A stretch of DNA of 64,000 nucleotides, taken from the NCBI RefSeq assembly GCF_026571515.1, contig NW_026852414.1, positions 1-64,000 of the forward strand, in the 5' to 3' direction. The translations under genes were made by a program, and so were the position numbers. Position 1 is the first letter of the stretch. The number at the start of each line of letters is the position of its first letter. Source of the DNA: Ruditapes philippinarum. Taxonomy: Eukaryota. Below the pieces are notes generated by a model, which saw nothing but the letters and a program-made list of their open reading frames with translations, did no database searches and was not told the origin of the DNA. Shown here piece after piece: positions 54,308 to 64,000 of the stretch.

Positions 54308-54979
54308 ACAGTACCACCGTAATGCAAAAGAAACAACATAATTTTATAATCAATATCAAAATGCTTATGTTTGGAGTACGTAATTTCTTTTTCCATCAGC
54401 ATTTATTTCACATTTACTTTAAGCTTTAATCTGTTTCTGCCTTTTAAATAATCTCTAACTCACCGTTTTATGTAAACAATATGTTTCTTCTAAAGTAATA
54501 ACAATTTTCATTTCACCCTTGAAAACAATTGCCATTTTTTTGTATAGAAATGTGACCTCGAATATCAATGACAATGCGTCGAGTATTGTCTAATTAACTG
54601 CAGATGCAATATGATGAAATACGTTTTATGTTACAGCTCACAAGCCTCAGCGACAATGAGAATCACTATTTTTTGCTTTCTAGTCTCTTGATTGCGTCTA
54701 ATAATTGATTTTCCTCCACCGTGTTTATTTAATCTAAGTCACTTATATGTTGAAAACATTTCGGAAATTTGTTCTCAGTTTGTACTAAGGATGATTTCAT
54801 CGTATCCTGTCTCGGTATGAGGAGAAATCATTAATACAATAAAACCGTTCATAGAAAAGTATTGGTGATCGTTTTAAAATTAGAAGTTAGTTGATAAAAT
54901 AATTATCAGACTGTCAGTTAAAGGTGGGATTGTAACGTGTAGCTATTGTTTTAGAACAGACGAAGTAAACGTAGAAACA

Positions 54980-55056
54980 ATGAATTTCTTAAAAGTAACA
55001 AGGAATAAGAGATTGTTTTCAAGTACGGAAACACTTTGTAAAAAGGATGATTCGAG
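54980..55056 (+). CDS. Variable mini-exon V15: MNFLKVTRNKRLFSSTETLCKKDDS + AG, donor GTAAGT
   Basis: 77 nt (one extra codon, frame and phase kept), open, consensus donor, unique flanks. Confidence 0.8.
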
Positions 55057-57817
55057 GTAAGTGAAATTGAAATATGTGAAATTTTCATAACGTTGATGAA
55101 ACTGTGAAATTAAATTTTCACTGGCGTGCTGTTCAATCGATTGTAATTAACCTATACGTGCTTTCCAACTTGGAAACATTTTTGATATAATCACTTCTAT
55201 TCCTAATTAAAATTGTATTTTAGAGACGGTATATTATTTATCGACTTCTTATGATTTATTAAAAAACTGATGTATAATACATATTTATAATGTGCCTTAA
55301 TTGTGTACATATTAATCAAGGACCTAGTATCCATCAATCATTTCGGATAACACTTCATCTTATTTTTCTATATGTAAATTTTCTTGACACCATATTACCT
55401 AGTAATTGCTATGGCCATCCGCAAAGGGTTTGAAATTCTTTTGATGTTGAAGATAGAAAGACGAACTGGTGATTTTTCGTAAAGGATATGTAATATTGGC
55501 GATAACGAGGATATTTGTCATTCACGTACGATCGTTTAAATAAGTATATTCAAGTAATAGTTTGAAAACACATTGATTTCTTTTTTCTCACAAATATACG
55601 GACCATTTTTCTCATAAATCTAAGTTTTATCTCTGGTAACATGGTGCAAAATAAGTGTTTTTCTTGTAGACATAAGAATAGGTTATATTCAGCATAGTGT
55701 AAGCAAAGTATTTATACTTAATATGAAATACGACCTAGAAATCAGACACATTCAACCATTATGACGAAATGCAAACAATCAACAGCTTTATTAAGATCAA
55801 AATATCAATGGAGTACAGACGCCATAGTTAGATCATTATGAAATAATGCAAAGCTTTCAAGCTTATAAAGAGAAAACATTAAAAATAGGGCTCAGTCACG
55901 ATAAGAAAGCCATTTGAACGTCTTTAACATATTGCAGACAAGTAGCAATTATAATGTAAAAAGAGTTAAAACTAGGACAGAATCATCACTATTAAACATT
56001 AAAGTGCAAAATATCATAGAAAATCTAGTTAAAATGCCTTTTTCCACATGTTTGTGTTAATTTAATTTTTAAAGTTTTTATTCGAAGATTATAATCATAT
56101 GAGTCTCATAAATAAAATAAATGTATTTACATTTAAAACATGACATGAAAATATCTGAAGCAAAAGGTACTTTATTTGCAACAAATCACTTGATAATTGA
56201 AATAATGTTATTTAATGTTATTTTCTTTAATAGAAAAAACACTGAATTCGCCATGATTATAAAAAAGTTAAAACTTGTCCTTTTTAGTTAATATCATTTG
56301 TTCTTTTAATGTGAAACAGTGCCTATTTGTGAAAAAGTAAACCGGTGAATTTTAAATAAAACATGATCGATTACCCAAACCATTCGTTTGCAGGCAAGCT
56401 TGAAAGGATATTTTTCCATTTTTCACATTGAATTAAATTGTTTGTAAATTTCAAAGAAAATATAATTTAGGACACAAAGCAACATAATGGCTTAAATTGA
56501 TTATGTTTCTCTCTTCTATTAAATATTCAAAGGAAGACCACGAATTGTTTAAATTTAGGGTTCCTAATTTAATCTTTAGTTCTGCAATTGATTATGTAGA
56601 AGTGAATGTACTACTAGTAGCAAAGTATAGGTGATTAAATCACAAATGTAATTGAATTATTGTCACTCCAATAATTAAAGATTCGGCCACATGACGTATT
56701 AATTCAATTACACACAATTGATGACTTTTCTGCGTTGAAAATAGCTGGGTTCTTAAATAATAACAAGTTCAAGTTCTCTTTTTGTGCGTTTTTTGTCGTT
56801 ATAGGTGTTGGCTTTTATGCGTACTGCGTGGTTCACTTTACGACGTTTTATCAAAACGGTGCTAGGGGTGGCGCGAAGGATATTGCACTTTTTATTACCC
56901 CTTATATACATACTAAATAAAGCCAGTATACAATTTTCATACAATTTTCATAATGCTTATGAACTATTTTTTTAACCTATTATCTATATACTGAACATCC
57001 CTTGTATTTTAAATGATGAACGGAAAATGTAATACTAGTAAGCACTTTCATTGATAAAATCCTTACCAGAAATAAGCACACATTATAAAAATTTTACTAT
57101 TTTGTTATCTTCACCTATTCTATTTTTCGTTCTCTCTGGGGATTTCCCCTTTCGCTGTTTTTATATCATCAATACAACAGGTTTCAAGTGTTGTTTTATA
57201 GTTTTTAGGGAAGTTGCCGTATTTCTCGTAGTTTTCGGTGTTTAATTATTATTGTTGTTGGTTGTTGTTGTTTTTTTATTTTTTTTTTATTTTTTCTTAT
57301 TCAATATTAATCAATTTATTTATTGTTAATTTTTTTTTGAATTTAATTATTTATTCATTTTATTCAATACTGATGATAATGGGAAGGGAGATGTCTGCAA
57401 GACTAAGATGTTTGGATACTATTGTTGCTTCAGATTTCTTTGTCTATCAGAAACAAAAATATTCAGTCAGAGTCTGCCATTTCAGTCTATGTTTGTCTTT
57501 ATTGTTCTCAAGGGATCTGGTTTTTTCCAGAATTTTATTTATTTTATTCCTAGAAAATATTCTTCAGTTTGATACATAAAGTACGGCTATTATGACGCTC
57601 GGTGTGATTATTGTCGTAAAAAGAAATCTCGAATGGTCATGAACGTATGTCTATTGATTAAGTCAAAGCGATTTACTAACTAGTTGTCATGAGGCAGTGT
57701 ATTGATTTTCGCATGCGTGGTAAGTGGTGATATTATGACATTTTCTTGTTTGCCCATACCTATGTTATTCGAGATAAAAACAACAGGTTTTATCTAAGGT
57801 GATAATAAAAGATCAGA

Positions 57818-57897
57818 ATGAACTTCTTAAAATGTTCAGGACCATTAAATTCAAGAAGGCAATCATTTGACATGCTTTTTAAAAGACGTGATACAAG
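57818..57897 (+). CDS. Most divergent mini-exon V16: MNFLKCSGPLNSRRQSFDMLFKRRDT + AG, donor GTACGT
   Basis: 80 nt (two extra codons, phase 2 kept). MNFLK start and MLFK motif conserved. Confidence 0.72.
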
Positions 57898-58918
57898 GTA
57901 CGTTAAAATAACTTTTTATAAGTAAAAAAATCTTTCTAGTTAACAATCTCTCTAAAATATCTTGCTCATAAGTTATGCATTTGCTTTTTTCTTCGTCATC
58001 TTAATAAAAACTTTTTATTTTAAATGATTGTTTTATGATTTTAGAAGTTTCGTTATTCAGAAGTACTTGTAACATTGTATGAAAATGATTGATTTATTTT
58101 TATGTGAAAAAAAACGTTATACATATCCGTCAGTGTATAGTGAAAGAAAAATTTTTTTTAATGTATTCCTAATATGGCCAACGTTGCCATCGGTTTGACA
58201 AGAAAATCAAAATTAAATGTTATCTTTAGCTTGTTCGTGTTTAATGCAATGTCACTCTGAATAGAGCGCACGTCTTTCATTTTACATGAAGATATATTTA
58301 ACGTTTACTAAATGAGATGATTGTTGAACAATTACAATTAAGTTAGTAAAAGTAACTTTAATTCACTATTTGCCAACAACTCTCGTTCGTTAGATGCTTT
58401 CAACATTTCAAAGTCGCTTTCAGTATGTTATAATGGTCAATTCCATTTCAAGTCTTTTATGGGTTGTTTATCTTAAACAACAATAACACCACCAACAACA
58501 AAACACCAAATAAAAAACAAAAATTTTCAGAGATTTAAATGATTTTTTTTATATATTCCTTTGTCAATGTTCATTTTCTTCAAATTGAAACACTAAACTC
58601 CGACTTTGAAATGTTGAATGTATTGAAATGGGAAAATTATTTCATATTTGTCAGTTTTCTTTAAATATACAGTCGACATTGTATTAAGAGACCACTCAAG
58701 GGACTGCCAAAAAGTGGTCTCTTAATAAAGTGGTCTCTCAATAGAAATCTGGAAAATTCGAGACTTTTTTATATTACAAGTCATAGATATAATAACATCT
58801 TTTTTATAAAAACAAAAACTGTACAATATTATGTATGCATTACAGTTTCATAATTACATTTTTTAAGAAAAGTCATCAATATGTGTTTGTTTTTTAGTAG
58901 AAATTTGTGTACAGATGT

Positions 58919-60956
58919 CACGCCCGTTTAACTCACAACGAGTGAAAAATGTCCATCGGTAAAAATGTTGTGAGCAACTTCCGTTCCTCGTTGTGAGCAC
59001 CCATCTTTGACGTGTGACACGATAAACAAGGTGAGTTTTTCATAATTTTTGAAGATTACAGACATTTATGTAAAAATATCGAAATGCAGTTAGCTAGCGA
59101 TGTGTTTTCCGAGTATGCATATGTAAAGATATTGCCTGTTGGTGGACAATTTGATGGAAATACCGTGCGACGCAGTCACTCGGGGTAGCTGGAAAACTGG
59201 AGACAACTTCTCTTTGGACCTAATTTTACATTGAAAACGTCGATTCTGATGACGTTTTGTGCATTCTAACCTAAAACAGATGCCCACAAAGTCTTCAGCG
59301 TAAATTATTATCTGAAAGTCTTCATAGAAACGAAGATATACCATTTTTTGCTTTAATCCTCGTTGTGAGCACCATAACCTCGTTGTGAGCAAGACAAGCG
59401 CAGTGCGTGTATGGTTTTAATATGTAATTCAGATGGTGAAAATATAATTTCAATCTACCACAGCAATTAAAACGTTTTTGCACAGCAGCATTTCTTTTCA
59501 AGACGTTGTGCATACCCCAAAGGGAGGCATATTAGTTTTGAACTTTCCGTCTGTCAGTCCGTCAATCTGTCCGAAAAACTTTAACATTGGCCATAATTTC
59601 CTTATTTGTAAACGGATTTGATTCATATTTGAACACAACATCCCTTAGCACCTTCCTACGGACCTGCATTTTTTACCTTGACCCCTGAATGGCCTTTACC
59701 TTGAAGGTCAAATTGTCCAAAAACATTTAAGATGGGCCATAATGTCCTGGCATAATGTTTAGGCACAACACATCTTTGGACAATGCCTTTCAACTATCCT
59801 ATATTCTTTTTGACCTTGACCCCTGAATGACCTTCACCTTAAAGGTCAAATTGTCCAAAAACTTAAAAATTGGTCATAACTTCCTTATTAGTATACGGAT
59901 TCTACTCATATTTTGAAACAACACCCCTTTAGACAAAGACCTTCAAACTGATCTGTATTTTTTGGTCATAACTTCTTTATAAGTAAGTGGAATTAATTCA
60001 TATTTGGACACAATGCCCCTTTGGACAAGACCTTCCAACTGACCTATATTTATTTCACCTTGACCTTGAATTACCTTCACATTGAAGATCTAATTGTCCA
60101 AAAACAAATAATCTATCTGGTCCATAAATCAAAGGACAAAGCTACACTTCAGGTGCATTGTCAACTTACCGTGACAGTTCTTGTTTTACATAACTTGGCC
60201 AGTCTTCAGCTCAGGATAGACATATGTATGTGTGTATCACACAGATTGTGAAATTGTTGAAATATTCATAAACACCCCGTGCTGTTCACTCGTGCCACAC
60301 TAGAGTATACGAAATAAAATACCTGATTTACCTCCACTGATTAGTTCTTCTGTTAATCTGATGACTTGTGAATATGAAGAATAATTTTCAATAAAAGAAA
60401 AAGAAGAACTATTGCAAAGAAAAACTATTGTACAAAAACTTTTTGATTGCTTTTGGTAGATTGGAAATTGTATTCTTGCCATTTGAATCACAACGAGGAT
60501 ATGGTGCTCACAACGAGGATTAAAGCAAAAAAGAGTATATCTTCGTTTCTACGAGGACTTTCAGATAATAATTTACGCTGAAGACTTGTGGGCATCTGTT
60601 TTAGGTTAGAATGCACAAAACGTCACCAGAATCGACGTTTTCAATGTTAAATTAGGTCCAAAGAGAAGTTGTCTCCAGTTTTTCCAGCTACCCGAGTGAC
60701 TGCGTCGCACGGTATTTCCATCAAATTGTCCACCAACAGGCAATATCTTTACATGTGCATACTCGGAAAACACACCGCTAGCTAACTGCATTCCGATATT
60801 TTTACATAAATGTCTGTAATCTTCAAAAATTATGAAAAACTCACCTTGTTTATCGTGTCACACGTCATAGATGGGTGCTCACAACGAGGAACGGAAGTTG
60901 CTCACAACATTTTTACCGATGGACATTTTTCACTCGTTGTGAGTTAAACGGGCGTG
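58919..60956. mobile_element. Foldback-type element with ~470-bp TIRs, CAC...GTG termini and a 5-bp TSD (Transib-like signature)
   Basis: 58919-59388 is a near-perfect reverse complement of 60488-60956. TSD GATGT at 58914-58918 and 60957-60961. Repeated CTCGTTGTGAG motifs. Confidence 0.9.
59506..60185 (+). mobile_element. HINE-like element nested in the foldback spacer
   Basis: tccgtctgtcagtccgtc microsatellite, tandem core repeats with gaccttgacc/aaggtcaa, and a 3' hairpin followed by ttcttgtttt. Confidence 0.65.
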
Positions 60957-62699
60957 GATGTGATCTACGCTCATAATACTATGAACAGGTCATTTTGACC
61001 ATAAAATAAAGCATATTGTCTTATATTGTTAATATGTTCATACACATCTCCTGCTGAACATACTTTCGAATCATCAACCAGAGCTCCAGATAATTTTTCA
61101 GGCAATGAGTTTTAAACTTCTTATTTTTTTTCAGCAATTGGTTTTTACACTACCATGATTTCAAATTCAATAAGGTTTTAGAGATCTAGAATTTTTTAAT
61201 TTTTTTGTCGAAGGGTCATATTTAATGGGGTACGACATATATTTTATAAAGCATCAGATGAGCACCTACACCATCAGCAATGAAAGGTTCGGTTCTGTGA
61301 TGTTTAGTCCACTACGTTTCACGATTTTATTTCGAATACAAACGATGACATTTCTTATTTACTCAGACTCAATTCCATGCACGATTTCCTCATTCAATTT
61401 ATCCGGTCTTATAAGTTGTCTGTCATTTTTTCGCTCGATCCGACGTCGTTTTCGATTTTGATTTTCTAGAGGGAGGTCACTCTGAGCACATGATAAAACT
61501 GTGCAAATGCGGTGTTGTGATACGTTATTGCTCTGACAAAATATGTCACAATAAATATTACGATCGGTAAACTGCTTCTTTCTTTCCGATTTTGAAACTA
61601 TTGCAATTGTTATTCAATTCGTTTTTTTAACGACAATTATTTGTGACGGTCGTTTAATAGATACTTTAAGACCAATGACCATGAAAAATATTTGTTTGTT
61701 TGCTTGTACACATCAAACCTCCTCGCTGATTACACAGGTGAGAATGCCCGTAGGGACGATTGTTTGTCACGGCCGTTTAATAGATACTTTAACACTTAAT
61801 TTTGTACATTTGGGCCGACATTTAGTGGCCGCTGGCCGCGATATAAAATCGTCGTTTAATGGAATTAACTTATATAGTAAAAATCATCGGGAGGGATTTT
61901 ATGCGGCCGTTTAATAAAAAAGTCGCTTAATAAAGGTGGGCGCAAGAACGATGCCGACTGTAGTTGCATATTCATGTATTTTAATTCAGATAGTTCATAT
62001 TATTTCTTGATTGTCGATAACATAATTGATATGACCACAAATGGTGAACAGTAAATATCATATCCGTTCTTGACATACCAGTCGCAAGAATATTTAGCAA
62101 CAACTTTTAGGTTACAAAAAAAGAAATGTCATTAAAAAGCACCCAATTTTCTGACAGCGTGCCAAATACACGGTCCTATACATACTATATATGATGTGTG
62201 TCACATATGATATAAAATGTCAGCAAGAGTAGAATGTAGGAAGAAAAGTAGAATGTAGGGAAGAAACAAGTACTTTTGAATAACATGATAGTCTATATAC
62301 CATTTAACTGCCTGTTAAGCTATCAAAGGTCTCAGATAAGACAGAAATACTTCTGTAATACGTTCAATAAGGATTTGAAATACAAACGTTACTTGGTGAT
62401 GCTTTAGAGTCCAAATCAGTTTAATGGGTCTATGAAATCTTTAATCATACTTTATTTGAACTTGATGTGACTAAAGCAGATATGAAGTAAATTATGTGCA
62501 TGTTGCAATCAATTACTTCTATGTGAAAGTTCATACTAGTGTCTAGACATATTATATCAGTGCACAATGGTGGTAATTAAAGTTATGGCATGATATATAC
62601 ACATATATTCCTGAAATAAAATGCAACATGTATAATAAGAAAATAAATGCGGGACACAAAATAAGATTTGTTGTATTTTCTCATAGTCAAGTTTATTGT

Positions 62700-63055
62700 T
62701 ACACTTAATATGTTTATTTTTTGTATCAAATTATACCCTCTTGCCAGGATGAACAGCAAGAGACAGGTTTTTCTTTGACATGATGAGACTGGAAATATTT
62801 TTCCGAGGCCTGTGTACAATTTGATGTAGATCTGAACCAATAACTAAAGTGGAAATTATTTTCATCCCGTTTCCAGAATGGTATTTCTAAAGTGTAAAAT
62901 GACCCCAAAATGAAAAGCGTGCAACGCTTTTAACTCTTTTTATTCTCTAACTTCTAACTCGCTTAAATTACACGAGCTCTATATTTCAATTAAATTTTGG
63001 GTATATTTTTTTCCATTCTTGGTAGATTTATCAATTTAAAGTGCTTCATATTATC
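62700..63055 (-). mobile_element. Possible Kolobok-like element end (gtggagtccct|TTAA)
   Basis: Only one terminus is recognisable. Confidence 0.25.
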
Positions 63056-64000
63056 TATGTGAAAACAACTCAAATGGTATTTTTAATCTTTAAAACCTCA
63101 GTGGAGTCCCTTTAATTTTATTTACAAACATTTACGTACAATTGCCTATAAATTCTATAATAATTTTACTCATTTTTGTTATGTACATTACTCGTATTTC
63201 ATTTGATGTACATTTGCTGTCAAGTAAAGACCATTATTAAAATAACAAGTGCGTGTGTTGTTTGAAAAACCCATTGCATAGTGCCTTAATTATGACTTTA
63301 TTACGTTTTAATTTTCTATTATCACGTGCCGTGTTTCACGTGCACGTATTAATTCCTATCTACAATAACCTTTATTTCATAGAGGGTTTTTACGGGTTTA
63401 CAATGTTTAGATAATATATAGTCGTTGAAGTCATATAATAATTCTGTTTTGCATGAAAGTGACTTACAAAAATATATTAAATAATTATATAAAACATGAA
63501 ATTTGTAACTTGTATGAAAACAAATGATGTTTTCATTTGTCTGGCAGTCTTGGCAATATTGTATTTCTTAATCTTAAAAAAGTGTCTTAAATTGAAAGAG
63601 AGATAGCTTTTGGAGAGTAAAGTACAAAAAGCAATTTGGCTGTTACTTGAAAATTTAATATCAGATTAAATATTTCCGCATTAAGAACATAGCCGTGTTG
63701 TAATAGCACTATGCAAGCTATAAAAGCATTGTTTTCCTAAAGCCGGCGCCAGTCCCTTATGGAATACTTGACAATATTTTAAGATATAAATTTTGCGAGC
63801 TTGAAACAGTAATTCAAGTATGTTAGAAGACAGGTTTAGAATTCGAAGTAACAGCTTTGTTTTTGGATAGAGGCGGCTCACCATCATATTATTTGGAACG
63901 ACGAGTTTATAAATGATATAAAGTGTGCCTTAATTACAAAAATGAATTTGCTAGGTTGTACGCAAAGGGACACACGGCGCCTTTCTGGAAGCTCTCTTAT

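Larger units (their letters stand above)
58670..61960. mobile_element. Tc1/mariner (pogo-like) non-autonomous element, outer layer of a nested insertion
   Basis: TA|CAGTCGACATTGT ... ACGATGCCGACTG|TA, i.e. imperfect TIRs with a TA TSD. Repeated gtggtctcttaata / gtcgtttaata subterminal motifs. Confidence 0.7.

Noticed and set aside
57051-57579. Hydrophobic ORFs of 64 and 113 aa
   Set aside because: They arise from T-rich low-complexity sequence.
59090-60791. ORFs inside the foldback element
   Set aside because: They lie in the TIRs or the nested repeat and show no transposase motifs.
57898-64000. Search for the constant exon downstream of V16
   Set aside because: I found no convincing phase-2 acceptor followed by an open protein-like frame. 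The region is mostly transposon-derived, though a very small exon could be missed.

Overview
AT-rich eukaryotic genomic DNA, most likely from a bivalve mollusc. That inference rests on the repeat content: tRNA-derived SINEs with (AAAC)n tails, HINE/Helentron-like elements with 145-bp core repeats, a CR1/L2-group LINE and an IS3EU-type DNA transposon. The ORF track shows only transposon proteins. The main signal is too short for the track: a + strand array of about 16 paralogous mini coding exons between 2754 and 57897. Most are exactly 74 nt (ATG, 24 codons, AG, then a GT donor; phase 2) and encode a basic amphipathic peptide such as MNFLNIRRKLGIFSSAEILFRKCS or MSFLNIRMKLRLFASAEMLFKKLS. Nine are full-length and intact, two are open but non-standard, and at least five are pseudo-exons. 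Diverged pairs differ mostly at synonymous sites, and each exon has a conserved upstream module. No shared downstream exon is visible, so the best model is a cluster of variable first exons spliced to a constant region 3' of the window, expanded by tandem segmental duplication. Other notable elements are an ORF1-only retroelement flanked by a perfect 83-bp direct repeat, a 5.1-kb IS3EU-type element with a 6-bp TSD, and a three-level nested transposon. All alignments were made by eye, so repeat block edges are approximate.
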